DNA from: Desulfobacterales bacterium
Lineage (GTDB): Bacteria; Desulfobacterota; Desulfobacteria; Desulfobacterales; UBA5852
Assembly: GCA_963674755.2 (NCBI GenBank)
Contig: CAXXVS010000003.1
Coordinates: 32,001-96,000, forward strand
Direction of reading: 5' to 3'
Length of the DNA stretch: 64,000 nt
The first letter of the stretch is position 1. Every line of letters starts with the position of its first letter. The translations under genes and the position numbers were made by a program. Positions 1 through 10,245 of the stretch are shown piece after piece. The notes under the pieces are model-generated. The model was not told where the DNA came from, ran no database searches, and saw nothing but the letters and a program-made list of their open reading frames with translations.

Positions 1-1
1 C

Positions 2-1552
2 GAACACGCCCGCCTTCGTCTGCGCCTGACTCAAGCCTACCCGGGGCTTCTGCGCAACGGCCTGCCGTTGTATCAGGCCGCCATGCGGTCCAGGACCGAT
101 TCCGGCCGCCGGGCAAGCTTCCTGGACGCCTGCTATGGCGTCCTGGCCCTGGGTCTTCCTCCGACCCTATTTGCCTCCCAGGCCGCCCTTGGGGGGCATT
201 TGCTGGACAATATGCAAAACGCCTTGGTCGCCGGCAACGCCCCGACCATACGCGTGGAGCATGCCGCCGGTCTGACGGCCAGGTTCTATGACCCGGTCCA
301 GAAAACCCTGGCCAGCGACGGATTCCAGGCCCCCCCCTTGGCCCCTCCTTACCGGCTGCCGCTCATATCGGCGCTCATCGATGCCGCCGGAGGAGCCGCC
401 CAGGATGATGCTGACCGCCTGGCTCAACGCCTGCAGGCCTGCGGCGTCAAACTCTACCGCGGCGACTTGCGCCAGCAGCTTTTGCACAGCGGGGGACGTC
501 CCACGGCACAGGACATCCTCCGCTTGGCCTGCCCCCCATCCTCCGCGACCCAGGAAAATGACGCCGACGCATCGGCCCTGTCCTTGGCGCAAATTCCGAA
601 AGACATTCTGGCCGCAACGGATTTTGACGACGACCAGGCCGATCCCGGGGATGTGGATCGGATCACCTGGCTGAAGGAGTGGAATGCGGCCATCGGCGAC
701 TACCTGCACGCCCACGTCCGCGTGCGGGATCGCCGCCTGGGCGGTAGCGACACCGCCTTTTACGACGATGTGCTCCAGCGCTGCGAAGGGCTGGTACGCC
801 GCATCCGGCGCTCCTTCGAATTGCTGCGGCCCGAGGGCCTCGGGATACTGCGCCCGTGGGGGGAGGGCGATGATTTCGACTACCGGGCCCTGCTGGATTT
901 TGTGGTGGACCGCAGGGCCGGGCGCCAGCCCTCCGAGCGCCTCTATATCAAACGGGTCAAGCAGCGGCGCGATGTGGCCGTAATGCTGCTGGTGGACCTT
1001 TCGCGCTCAACATCTAATATCGTCAGCGGATCTTCGCGGTCCGTGCTGGACGTGGCCAAGGAGGCCATCGTTCTTTTCACCCAGGCCCTGGAAGTGGTGG
1101 GTGACCGCTATGCCGTGGCCGGTTTTTCAGGCACAGGCCGTCTGGGGGTGGATTTCTTCCGCATCAAGGACTTCGCGGCGCCCCTCGATGCCAGTGTCAA
1201 AGGGACGATCAGCAGATTGGCGCCACAGCGCAGCACGCGCATGGGTGCCGCCGTGCGGCGCGCGACTCTCGATCTGATGGCCCAGGACAACCGGGTGCGC
1301 CTGCTGCTGCTAATCGGCGATGGCTTCCCCAACGACACGGACTATAAGGGCCACTATGCTATCCAGGACACCCGCCAGGCCATTGCCGAAGCGCACAGCA
1401 GCGGCATCATCACCCAGGCCATTACGGTCAATCTGCCCGCCAGCCCCCGGCTGGACGAACTCTACGGTCCGGTGCGCCATACCGTCATCTCCAACGTCCA
1501 GGAACTGCCGGACAAGCTCCTACGACTTTACGGCGTGCTGACACGTACCTAG
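2..1552 (+). CDS. VWA-domain protein, NorD/CbbO-like (MoxR/CbbQ AAA+ adaptor); 5'-partial
   Basis: Frame is open from base 2. C-terminal VWA domain with MIDAS DLSRS, STRMGAAVR and LLLLIGDGFPND, preceded by the NorD-like GDDFDYRALLD...RLYIKR segment. Confidence 0.85.
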   Translation, partial: EHARLRLRLTQAYPGLLRNGLPLYQAAMRSRTDSGRRASFLDACYGVLALGLPPTLFASQAALGGHLLDNMQNALVAGNAPTIRVEHAAGLTARFYDPVQKTLASDGFQAPPLAPPYRLPLISALIDAAGGAAQDDADRLAQRLQACGVKLYRGDLRQQLLHSGGRPTAQDILRLACPPSSATQENDADASALSLAQIPKDILAATDFDDDQADPGDVDRITWLKEWNAAIGDYLHAHVRVRDRRLGGSDTAFYDDVLQRCEGLVRRIRRSFELLRPEGLGILRPWGEGDDFDYRALLDFVVDRRAGRQPSERLYIKRVKQRRDVAVMLLVDLSRSTSNIVSGSSRSVLDVAKEAIVLFTQALEVVGDRYAVAGFSGTGRLGVDFFRIKDFAAPLDASVKGTISRLAPQRSTRMGAAVRRATLDLMAQDNRVRLLLLIGDGFPNDTDYKGHYAIQDTRQAIAEAHSSGIITQAITVNLPASPRLDELYGPVRHTVISNVQELPDKLLRLYGVLTRT

Positions 1553-1574
1553 AATAGGTTCACAAGGTATGTAA

Positions 1575-2099
1575 ATGGCCGAGCGGCTCAGGCCGCTGTT
1601 GGGGCGTTTATCCAGGAATCCGGGCAGGAGGCGAGCGCCTTTGCGTGTCTACGACGGCATTTTCGAATGGGAGGGATGGGGCGGTCAGCTCAAGCTCGCC
1701 AAGGGACGCTGTCGCTTGTGGATTTTCGATCTCAACCGCTCCGGCGAAAAAGAGGTGCTGCATCTGCGGCCCATGGTGGTGGTGGCCTCCGACCTGCCCC
1801 GGGAGGGGATGATGAAGGGCGAAGTGTCCGTGCGCAGCGCCGCCGGCCATATCGCCACCGTGGTCAGTCGGAAATTCCGCATCGATCCCCCGCGCATGCA
1901 GTTCGTCGAATACACCCCCCGGGAAACCTACGGCAGAAACAACGAATATGTCATCCAGGCCGGCTATGATGCCGTGGAGTTCACCTGGCAGGATGGCCTG
2001 GCGCTTTTTCCACGGATCAAGCCCCTCGAACCGGCCCTGACCGCTCTCCTCAAAAAATGGGTGGAAGACGCAGACTTTTCAAATAGCCGCCCGGCATGA
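1575..2099 (+). CDS. Hypothetical protein (174 aa)
   Basis: ATG with AAGGT upstream, 22 bp after the VWA gene; globular-looking sequence with no motif I recognise. Confidence 0.7.
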   Translation: MAERLRPLLGRLSRNPGRRRAPLRVYDGIFEWEGWGGQLKLAKGRCRLWIFDLNRSGEKEVLHLRPMVVVASDLPREGMMKGEVSVRSAAGHIATVVSRKFRIDPPRMQFVEYTPRETYGRNNEYVIQAGYDAVEFTWQDGLALFPRIKPLEPALTALLKKWVEDADFSNSRPA

Positions 2100-2341
2100 C
2101 CACCCGGCCCAGCAGGCCGGCAAGGTGGCGTTAATCGTGTCCCTCCAGAGGTGGTCGACTTTGGTTCCGGCCAGGGCCGCAGCGATTGGGAAACCGACGG
2201 CGCAGCCGTATGGGCGATAGCGTTGCGTAGCCCGGCTACGGCAAGAATTCCCCAAGTACAAGAACATCGGCTTGTCCGCCAATGGTCGATTTATCCAACG
2301 GCGACGGGAACGGGCCAAAAAATGCCGCCTCTGAACGGATG

Positions 2342-2632
2342 TTAAATGAGACTTTGGGCTTCCCAGGCGAAAAGGCGCAGGGCCTGGCGGCCCATCTGCA
2401 GGTAAACGGCTTCCAGGGCCTCACGCACGCGGCGCTCGCCCTCTTCCGGAACCATCATCATGAGGGCACAATTGAAACCCGGCCATACGGCATCGCCCAG
2501 GCGGGCCGGAGAGCGCTCTCCCCGGCCCAGGCAGCGTTCCCATTTGGTCCAGGCCTCGGCCCCACAGGCCGCGAGCGCCTCCATAACATCGTCGTCGAAC
2601 GTTACGTCATAGACTAAGAGCAGCATCTTCAT
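2342..2632 (-). CDS. PG0541-family PII-like transporter-associated protein
   Basis: 96 aa; WTKW...GRGERSPARLGDAVWPGFN pattern; ATGA overlap with the RND gene stop. Confidence 0.75.
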   Translation of the reverse strand: MKMLLLVYDVTFDDDVMEALAACGAEAWTKWERCLGRGERSPARLGDAVWPGFNCALMMMVPEEGERRVREALEAVYLQMGRQALRLFAWEAQSLI

Positions 2633-5600
2633 GACGCGCCTCCTTTTCTGCCCATCTTCCGTCGCTCCAATAGGTAGTAGAGCGTCGGGATCAACAGGAG
2701 GGTCACCAGGGTTGAAACCGACAATCCGCCCAAAAGGGTGATCCCCAGGGGATTCCAGGCCTCGGCCCCCACCCGGTCCGATAGGGCCATGGGCAACATG
2801 CCGAAAAAGGTGGTTAAAGTGGTCATCAGAACCGGACGCAGCCGGTGGGCGCCGGCCTGGGTGATGGCCTCCCTGAGCGCCAGACCCCGTTTTTGCATCA
2901 GCAGCATGTAGTCCAGCAGCACGATGGCGTTGTTGACCACGATGCCCATCAGCATGATGATGCCCATGAACGACATGATCCCCAGGGTCGTCCCGGTGAA
3001 ATAAAAGGCGTAGATGACGCCGGTAAACGCGAAGGGTACGGCGAACATGATGATCAAGGGATCCCGCAGATTGCCGAAGAGGGCTGCCATCAGCATGTAG
3101 ACCAGACAGACCCCGAGCACCAGCAGCAGCGTCATGTCATGGAAGGCTTTCCGCTGCTCTTCCACGTCGCCGCCCAGCACGACGCTCACCCCGGGCGGAT
3201 GGTCCAGGGTCGCCAGGATGCCGCGCACATCGGCGGTGATCTCGCCCAGGGAGCGCCGGTAGAGATCCCCCTCCACGCGCACGATGGTCTGGCGGTTTTT
3301 ACGTTCGATTTCGATGGGCCCGGAACCGCGTACGATATCGGCCACGCTCTTGAGCCGCACCATACGCCCGTCCGGGGTGAACAGGGGCATGTCCGCCAGG
3401 CCGTCGAGATCATCCTTGTCGGCCGTCTTGAGGCGTGTAAAAATGTCGAAATGATAGCCTTCCTCCCGAAACCGGGAAGCCTCGAAGCCATAGTAATAGT
3501 TGCGCAGGGTGCCGCCGATCATGGCCGCATTCAACCCTAGAGCGCTGGCCCGATCGCGGTCCACATCCACCCATATCTCAGGCCGGGGCGCCTTCTGGCT
3601 CACCTCCAGATCCACCAGCCCCGGGATCGCCGCCATGGCCTCGTGCAGACGCTCGGCATAAGCCAGGATGGCGTCCAGGTCCGTCCCCTGAATTTCCACG
3701 GACACGGGTTTCCCCGTGGCCCCGGAAAGGGCGGCCATGACCAGATTCTGGGCCGTCACCTTGATTTTATCGATCCCCGCTACACGGGATACCCGTTCCC
3801 GCAGGGCGGCGGCGATCTCTTTGGCGGAGCGCTCCCGCTGGTCGCGGTCCACCAATTTGAACCCGATGGTACCCACATTGGGCCCTTCCTCAAATCCCAG
3901 GGCCACGGTCAGACCTTCTTCGCTTTCGCCGTCGATGGCGTATGAGTGACGCATTTCCTCCGGTCGAACCACTTCGTCGATGTCATTCAGGATGGTGCGG
4001 ATCACCTTGTTCGTTTCTTCGATCCGCAGGCCTTCCGTAAGACGAAATTTCAGTTCCACGGCCCCCGAATCCATTTCCGGGAAAAATGAGGTGGACAAAC
4101 GGGGAATCAGCGAAAGGCTGCTCACAAAAACGACCCCGGCCAGCAGGACCACCAGATAGGGGTGCCCCAGGGCCCATACGAGGAGCCGGCGATAAATCTG
4201 CTCCAGCGCTTCGAAACCTTTTTCGGAAACAGCGTAGAGCCGCCCGATGGCGCTTTGGCGAAGACGCAGCTGGGTCGGGCTGGTGGTCATCCAGCGGGAA
4301 CACAACATGGGGGTCAGCATCAGGGCCGTCAGCAGCGAAGCCATCAGGGTCACCACCAGCACGAAGCCCAGTTGTTTAAAAATGATCCCGGCCAAACCCG
4401 TCAAAAACATAAGGGGCACGAAAATAACCACCGTGGTCAGGGTCGAGGCCGTGATGGCCAGCCCCATTTCCCGCGCGCCGAAGACCGCCGCGGAATCGAT
4501 TCGGCGGCCGTTTTCCACATGGCGGGTAATATTCTCCAGCACCACAATGCCGTTATCCACCACCATGCCCGTGGCAATGGCCAGCGCCATCAGGGAGACC
4601 AGGTTGATGGTGTAGCCGGCCAGGTAAATCAGGATAAAGGCAATGATGAGGGAGGCCGGGATCGTCAGAACGACGATGATCGCCGTTCGCAAACGGCGCA
4701 AAAAGACCAGGGCCACCAAGGAAACCAGCACGATACCCCAAAAGAGGGTACCGCGCAGATTGGCCAGTGAGCTGAGAATATCCTGGGAGGTATCCATGAC
4801 CGTCTGGATCTCGACATCCGCCGGCAGTTCCGTCTGCAGGCGTGCCAGGTGCGTCTGAACGGCCTGGGCCACCTCCACCGTATTCTTGTCGGACTGCTTC
4901 TGTAAAATCAGCACCACGGCCGGCTTGCCGTCTCCCCACCCGTTGTGATCCTGGGGCTTGAAATCGTCCACCACCCGGGCAACATCCTTGAGATAGACCG
5001 GCCGTCCCGCCTGCATGCCCACAACGGTCTGACCCATCTCTTCGGCCGTCCGATAGCGGGCCGGAATGCGGACGAAATAATCCATGGCCCCGGACTTGAT
5101 GCGTCCGCCGGGAATATTCCGGTTCTCGGCCGCCAGCACCGCGTTGATCCTGGCCAGAGACAGGTGATAGCCCTCGATCCGCTCCCGATCGAAATAGACG
5201 TTGAAGCGCCGCCGGGCCCCGCCCTGGATGAGTATCGCCCCCACCCCGGGCACGCGCTTCAGGTCATCGGCAATCTGCTTGTCGGCGATATGGTACAGCC
5301 GCGGCCAGCTGGTTTCGGCCGTCACCGTCATAAACAGGATCGGTGCCACCGAACTGCTGAATTTGAACAGCACCGGTTCCTCGGCATCATCCGGCAGCTC
5401 CCGTTTGACAAGTCCGATGGCGCTGCGCAGATCGTTGCTGGCCACGTCCAGATCCGTCCCCCAGTCGAAGCGGCAGGACACGATGGACATGTTGTCCAGG
5501 GATTTGGAGGTCAGCTTGTCCAGATTGCTGACGCCGTTGACGTAGTCTTCGATGGCCTCGGTCACCTCGGTCTGCACATCCGAGGCGCTGGCGCCCGGCC

Positions 5601-5751
5601 AGGCCGTGATGATGGACACCACCGGCGGTTCGATGTCCGGCATCATGTCCACATTGAGTTGCAGGAGCGCAAAGGTACCCAGCAGGGTAAAGGCCAGGAA
5701 AAGCATCAGGGTCGCGATGGGCTGTTTGACCGAGAAGGCGCTCAGATTCAT
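2629..5751 (-). CDS. RND efflux transporter permease (AcrB/AcrD/AcrF family)
   Basis: 1040 aa; GMVVDNGIVVLENI, GIVVNNAIVLLD and RLRPVLMTTLTT motifs. Confidence 0.97.
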   Translation of the reverse strand: MNLSAFSVKQPIATLMLFLAFTLLGTFALLQLNVDMMPDIEPPVVSIITAWPGASASDVQTEVTEAIEDYVNGVSNLDKLTSKSLDNMSIVSCRFDWGTDLDVASNDLRSAIGLVKRELPDDAEEPVLFKFSSSVAPILFMTVTAETSWPRLYHIADKQIADDLKRVPGVGAILIQGGARRRFNVYFDRERIEGYHLSLARINAVLAAENRNIPGGRIKSGAMDYFVRIPARYRTAEEMGQTVVGMQAGRPVYLKDVARVVDDFKPQDHNGWGDGKPAVVLILQKQSDKNTVEVAQAVQTHLARLQTELPADVEIQTVMDTSQDILSSLANLRGTLFWGIVLVSLVALVFLRRLRTAIIVVLTIPASLIIAFILIYLAGYTINLVSLMALAIATGMVVDNGIVVLENITRHVENGRRIDSAAVFGAREMGLAITASTLTTVVIFVPLMFLTGLAGIIFKQLGFVLVVTLMASLLTALMLTPMLCSRWMTTSPTQLRLRQSAIGRLYAVSEKGFEALEQIYRRLLVWALGHPYLVVLLAGVVFVSSLSLIPRLSTSFFPEMDSGAVELKFRLTEGLRIEETNKVIRTILNDIDEVVRPEEMRHSYAIDGESEEGLTVALGFEEGPNVGTIGFKLVDRDQRERSAKEIAAALRERVSRVAGIDKIKVTAQNLVMAALSGATGKPVSVEIQGTDLDAILAYAERLHEAMAAIPGLVDLEVSQKAPRPEIWVDVDRDRASALGLNAAMIGGTLRNYYYGFEASRFREEGYHFDIFTRLKTADKDDLDGLADMPLFTPDGRMVRLKSVADIVRGSGPIEIERKNRQTIVRVEGDLYRRSLGEITADVRGILATLDHPPGVSVVLGGDVEEQRKAFHDMTLLLVLGVCLVYMLMAALFGNLRDPLIIMFAVPFAFTGVIYAFYFTGTTLGIMSFMGIIMLMGIVVNNAIVLLDYMLLMQKRGLALREAITQAGAHRLRPVLMTTLTTFFGMLPMALSDRVGAEAWNPLGITLLGGLSVSTLVTLLLIPTLYYLLERRKMGRKGGAS

Positions 5752-6959
5752 GACGGCTCCCCCGTCGCCGAAGCGGCGCTGTCCGGTGCCGCCAGTGTCA
5801 CCGGGCGCCCCTCCCGCAAGCGATTTTGGCCCCTGACAACCACCACTTCTCCGGCGGCCAGACCGCTTTCGATCGCCACGGTGTCGCCCTGATGCATGCC
5901 CGTGACCACGTTACGCACATGGGCGGTCTCATCCGCCACCACATAGACATAAGGCTGCCCGGTTCCGGGCAAACGTTGAATCGCATCGGCCGGCACGATC
6001 AGGGCGTCGCGGGCCCCAAGCATCAGGCGGACGTTGGCGAACATCCCGCCCGCCAGGCGCCGCTCGGGATTGGGCACATGGATTTCCACCCGGGCGGTAC
6101 GCGTGGCCGGATCGACGAGTGGGCTCACCAGCGCAACCCGGCCCTGGAAGATCTCCCCGGGATGGGCATCCACTTGCACCTCCGCGACCATGCCCTTTTG
6201 GACGGCGGGCCAATCCTTCTCGGTCACCGTCGTAACGACCTTAACAGTGCGATCGTCCACCAGGCTAAAAAGCGGAACGCCCGGGGCGGTCATATTGCCA
6301 ACGTCCAGATAGCGTTGGGCCACGATACCGTCGATGGAAGCCCGCAGGGTATGGTGGGTGCTCAGAACGGTCAACTGGCGGATCACGGCCCGGGACTTTT
6401 CGATCTGGGCCTGGGCCACGGCCCGCTGCTCCACGGCGGCATTGTACTGGGCCTGGATATGATCGACTTTCTGGCGAGCGACGGCCCGCTCCCGCAGCAG
6501 GTTTTCCAAGCGCGTGCGGTCCTTTGCGAGCGCCTCCAGGTTCGCTTCCACCTGCCCCAGATTGGCTTCGGCCGCCGTCAGTCCGGCGCGGGCTTCCGCC
6601 AGCTGCGCATCGATCAAGTCCCGCTCCAGAATGGCGACGGGATCACCTTGGCGAACCGCATCGCCCTGTTCCACCAGGATCTGCTCGATGATCTTGCCGG
6701 GCACCTTGCTGAAGATGTTGACCATGCCCCAAGGCTGCACATCGCCGGTTTGCTCCAGGACATAACTCAGGGAATGCATGGCGGCCGGAGCCACGGTCAC
6801 CGGCACCCGTTCTTCCGCCGGCGTGGTTTCGGCATCGGGTCCACGGGGGATCAGGTTGTAAATCGTAAATCCGGCCGTTAGCAGGATGGCCACCAGGATA
6901 ATGGCAACCCCCGGTGACAAGGATCGCAAGTATGAGGGCTTCATAGCGCTTTTTTCCAC
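5748..6959 (-). CDS. RND periplasmic adaptor (membrane fusion protein)
   Basis: N-terminal TM, lipoyl-like halves, coiled coil, VDPATRT motif; alternative start ATG at 6944. Confidence 0.95.
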   Translation of the reverse strand: MEKSAMKPSYLRSLSPGVAIILVAILLTAGFTIYNLIPRGPDAETTPAEERVPVTVAPAAMHSLSYVLEQTGDVQPWGMVNIFSKVPGKIIEQILVEQGDAVRQGDPVAILERDLIDAQLAEARAGLTAAEANLGQVEANLEALAKDRTRLENLLRERAVARQKVDHIQAQYNAAVEQRAVAQAQIEKSRAVIRQLTVLSTHHTLRASIDGIVAQRYLDVGNMTAPGVPLFSLVDDRTVKVVTTVTEKDWPAVQKGMVAEVQVDAHPGEIFQGRVALVSPLVDPATRTARVEIHVPNPERRLAGGMFANVRLMLGARDALIVPADAIQRLPGTGQPYVYVVADETAHVRNVVTGMHQGDTVAIESGLAAGEVVVVRGQNRLREGRPVTLAAPDSAASATGEPS

Positions 6960-7001
6960 CTCGTTTGGCTCTTAATGGGTTCCATCGCCGAATCCCTCCC
7001 G

Positions 7002-8450
7002 TTAACGGGCGTCGGACGGATAAGGCAAGCTTGTCGGATCGGTCGCGTCCTGAAGGCTCTCGGCGGCCACCATTCCCTCCGGTAGACGCCCCACCGCCCG
7101 CTCCAGGTCGGCCGCGGCCCGCTGGCAGCCATAAAGGGCCTGATAGTAATTGGCCTCGGAGCGGGTAAAAAATACCGTGGCATCGAGAACGTCCGTTGTA
7201 TCGCCGATATGCTGATCGAAGCGCATCCGGTTGATGCGCAGGTTTTCCCGGGCCTGTCCCAGCGCCTTTTCGGCTGTAGCGATATTGGTGCGGGTAACTT
7301 CCAAATTGGTATAGGCGTGTTTCACCTCCAGACCGACGCCCTGCGCCACCACGCGGATTTTGTCCTCCAGGGCCTTGCGCTGGTGCTTGAGCCGGGCGGT
7401 TTCGGCCCGGGTCTTGCCCCATTCGAAAAAGGTCCATTTGGCCTGCACAGCCACGGCCGCGTTGTGCGTATTGGCATAGTCGTTTTCGGTGGCGGCCAGG
7501 TTGTTGCCGTCCTGGTAGTATTCGCCCACCAGGGAAACCTTGGGATAATAGGCGCTCGCCGCCAGACGAACCCCTTCTCCGACGCGCTCGGCCTCCAGCC
7601 CCAGGACACGCAGTTCAGGGCGTGCCTCCCGGGCTTCCGCCAGCAAATCGCTGAGGGCGGGGAAAGCTGCGGGCACGGCGGTCACCTCCTGCACGGTCAC
7701 CTTCCGGTTGACGTCCCAGTCCAGGAGGATGCTGAGAGTCGCTACCGCCATATCGGCGCGTGCCCGAGCTTCAACGCGACGCTGAACCGCAGCCGCCAGG
7801 GCCACTTCCGCCTCCAGCAGGTCATTGTAGGGAATCAGGCCCTCTTCGTAGTAGCGCCGGCCGTTGGCGGCGTGGGCCGTCAGGCTTTTCTCCGCATCTT
7901 CCAGCACGGCCAGCATCTTCTCGCTGAGCAGCACATCCAGACAGGCGCCCTTGACATTGCGAACCACATCATGCACCGCCAGCTCATGCTCTACGCTCTT
8001 GATACGGATCCCGAGCTCCGCCATCCGGTAACGGCTGGTAAGGGCGAAACCGGTAAAAAGGGGTTGGGTCAGCCGTGCGCTCCAATGGATCTGCTGACGA
8101 TCGGCCACCTGCATTTCCCGGGTTTCGGTGCCGGTAATCACACCCCCCAGGCCCGGCACGACAGTGACCGCAGGGGAATCCACCACCAGATAAGGCGCGT
8201 CGTCCAGGGCCAGGTAGCCATATTCCAGGCTGGCTTTGGGCAAAAAATCGGCCCGGGCGCTGTTTTTCGCCTCCACCGCCGCCCGGGCATTTTCCTCCGC
8301 TTCCTGAATCAGGCGATTATTCTGCAACGCGATGGCGACCGCTTCATCCATGGTCAGCTCCGGCGGCGCTTCGGCCATGGCCGGCAGGGTGTGGGCCCCA
8401 ACCAGCGACACCAATAAAACGGCGTGTAGCCAGCGTTTAAGCATCCTCAT
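7002..8450 (-). CDS. TolC-family outer membrane efflux protein
   Basis: Signal peptide; LTMDEAVAIAL, ADFLPKASL, LTQPLFTGF, YYPKVSL two-repeat architecture. Confidence 0.95.
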   Translation of the reverse strand: MRMLKRWLHAVLLVSLVGAHTLPAMAEAPPELTMDEAVAIALQNNRLIQEAEENARAAVEAKNSARADFLPKASLEYGYLALDDAPYLVVDSPAVTVVPGLGGVITGTETREMQVADRQQIHWSARLTQPLFTGFALTSRYRMAELGIRIKSVEHELAVHDVVRNVKGACLDVLLSEKMLAVLEDAEKSLTAHAANGRRYYEEGLIPYNDLLEAEVALAAAVQRRVEARARADMAVATLSILLDWDVNRKVTVQEVTAVPAAFPALSDLLAEAREARPELRVLGLEAERVGEGVRLAASAYYPKVSLVGEYYQDGNNLAATENDYANTHNAAVAVQAKWTFFEWGKTRAETARLKHQRKALEDKIRVVAQGVGLEVKHAYTNLEVTRTNIATAEKALGQARENLRINRMRFDQHIGDTTDVLDATVFFTRSEANYYQALYGCQRAAADLERAVGRLPEGMVAAESLQDATDPTSLPYPSDAR

Positions 8451-9069
8451 CCCTTTCTTTGAGCAATGCGCCGTTGAAAAACAAATCTAAAATCGGATCT
8501 GGTTCAACAATGCTAATGGCGGGATTTTCAAGCCCTTCCAACAAAAATGCGTCGATCATTCCGTCCAGGGCAAGCATCATGTAAAGGGGGTTTGTCCGTC
8601 GAAAAATACCCTTGCGCATCCCCCTTTCAAAAACACCGGCAACCTTGTCCGTCATGCCGCGGATCTTGGTCTTCATCTCCTGCTCCATCCCTGCCCGCAG
8701 GCTGAAGCTGGCGCTTTTGGCTTCCGACAGGTAGAGGCGCACATAGTCCAGATTCCGGTTGAAGATGCCGACATGGGCCTTGACGGATTCCCGGATGATG
8801 CTGATCTCATCCCCCGTCCAGTCCACCGCCGAATCCCATTCCTGCAAATATTCATCCAGCTTTTCGGTCATCAAAGCCCGGTAGAGGGCTTCCTTGTTCG
8901 AAAAGAACTTGTAGAGGGTTCCCACGGCGAATTCCGCTTGGACGGCAATCTCGTTCATGGTGACATTGTGGTACCCGTTGGTCGAAAAAAGCCTGAGAGC
9001 CGCTTCCAGGATTTCCCTGCGACGACGGCGATATTCGCGTTCTTTGCGTCCCGGCGCCTTGGTTTCCAT
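8437..9069 (-). CDS. TetR/AcrR-family transcriptional regulator
   Basis: ILEAALRLFSTNGYHNVTMNEIA...GTLYKFFSNKEAL HTH; GGAAGGA RBS before ATG 9069 (alternative start 9084). Confidence 0.95.
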   Translation of the reverse strand: METKAPGRKEREYRRRRREILEAALRLFSTNGYHNVTMNEIAVQAEFAVGTLYKFFSNKEALYRALMTEKLDEYLQEWDSAVDWTGDEISIIRESVKAHVGIFNRNLDYVRLYLSEAKSASFSLRAGMEQEMKTKIRGMTDKVAGVFERGMRKGIFRRTNPLYMMLALDGMIDAFLLEGLENPAISIVEPDPILDLFFNGALLKERDEDA

Positions 9070-9108
9070 GAATTTTCCTTCCATAACATGACAATAAATT
9101 ACTTAATG

Positions 9109-9150
9109 TGAATATTAATTCTATTAAGTGAACTTATATTCATATGTCAA
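9109..9150 (-). promoter_or_regulatory. Putative sigma70 promoter with tandem TetR operators
   Basis: TTGACA on minus strand (9150-9145); TGAA-N6-TTCA (9129-9142) and TGAA-N6-TTCT (9109-9122), 20 bp apart. Confidence 0.55.
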
Positions 9151-9488
9151 ACTTATTCTGAAACGCCGTTTGTATCGCCGAGCATGCCGCGCCAGCTTGA
9201 TCTGCCGGTTCACTGCCTTGACGGACGGCGGGGAGCAAATATATTATAATTTACAGGATATAATAGAAGGTGGACGCATCACCGGCCCGGGAACGATGCG
9301 CTTTTTGCCGCTAAGCACCCACGAAAACGCCAAGCCCCTCCGCGCGGCATGTTATCCAAATGATCTGATCAATGGACGCGCCGCGGAACCTGCCCTTCTC
9401 GCTCATGCTTCGAGCTGATTTTAACGCCCGTCCCCTTCCAACCACCATTTGGTCCTCAAACTTGCAGGCATCACGAAAGGAGGGGCCC

Positions 9489-10226
9489 ATGCGAACACCA
9501 GCCCGTTCCATCGAACAAATGATCGAAGAGCAGGTGCGCAAATGGCAGTTTGCCATCAGCAAACCCAAGACGGAAAAACCTTTCAGGCCCATCGTGACCA
9601 TTTCCCGTGAACCGGGCAGCGGTGGGAACATATTGGGCGAGCGACTTGCCAGGCGTCTTTCCGTGGAACTCTTCCATCAGGAGGTGATCCACGCCATGGC
9701 CAAAAGCGCCAAAGTCAGCGACCAGCTGCTGGAAACACTGGACGAAAAGGGATTGTCCGTATTGGAAGACTGGATGGCCTATCTGGTGGATTTCCGCCAC
9801 ATGTGGCCGGATCAGTATCTCAAGCATCTGATGAAGGTTATCGGCGCCATCGGACGCCATGGCGGAGCCATTCTGATCGGCCGCGGCGCCAATTTCATTC
9901 TACCCCCCGAACGGCGCTTCAGCGTCCGGGTGATCGCGCCTTTTGAAGTGCGGGTGGCCAATGTGGTCCGCAATCATCAGGTGTCCGAGGCCGAGGCCCG
10001 TAAACGGATCACGAAAACCGATTCCCAGCGTCGGGCCTTTATTCGCAAATATTTCAACACCAGCGTGGCCGATCCCCTGAACTACGATATGATCGTCAAC
10101 ACCGGCTGTGTCTCCATCGACGGCGCCGTGGAAGCCATCGCTGCCCTCCTGGGGATGGCCAAAGACGCTAAACGCGTGGCCAAGGCCGCTCGGCAGCCTG
10201 CCGGGGTAACGAGCGTGGCGAGATAA
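9489..10226 (+). CDS. Cytidylate kinase-like family protein
   Basis: IVTISREPGSGG, ILIGRGANFIL, YDMIVNTG; AAGGAGG RBS before ATG 9489. Confidence 0.9.
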   Translation: MRTPARSIEQMIEEQVRKWQFAISKPKTEKPFRPIVTISREPGSGGNILGERLARRLSVELFHQEVIHAMAKSAKVSDQLLETLDEKGLSVLEDWMAYLVDFRHMWPDQYLKHLMKVIGAIGRHGGAILIGRGANFILPPERRFSVRVIAPFEVRVANVVRNHQVSEAEARKRITKTDSQRRAFIRKYFNTSVADPLNYDMIVNTGCVSIDGAVEAIAALLGMAKDAKRVAKAARQPAGVTSVAR

Positions 10227-10245
10227 ATGGTGGGATAAGAAGGGA

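Noticed and set aside
2845..8417. Long plus-strand ORFs (231-402 aa) opposite the RND operon, and similar shadow ORFs elsewhere
   Set aside because: Antisense shadows expected in high-GC coding DNA; no motifs or RBS.
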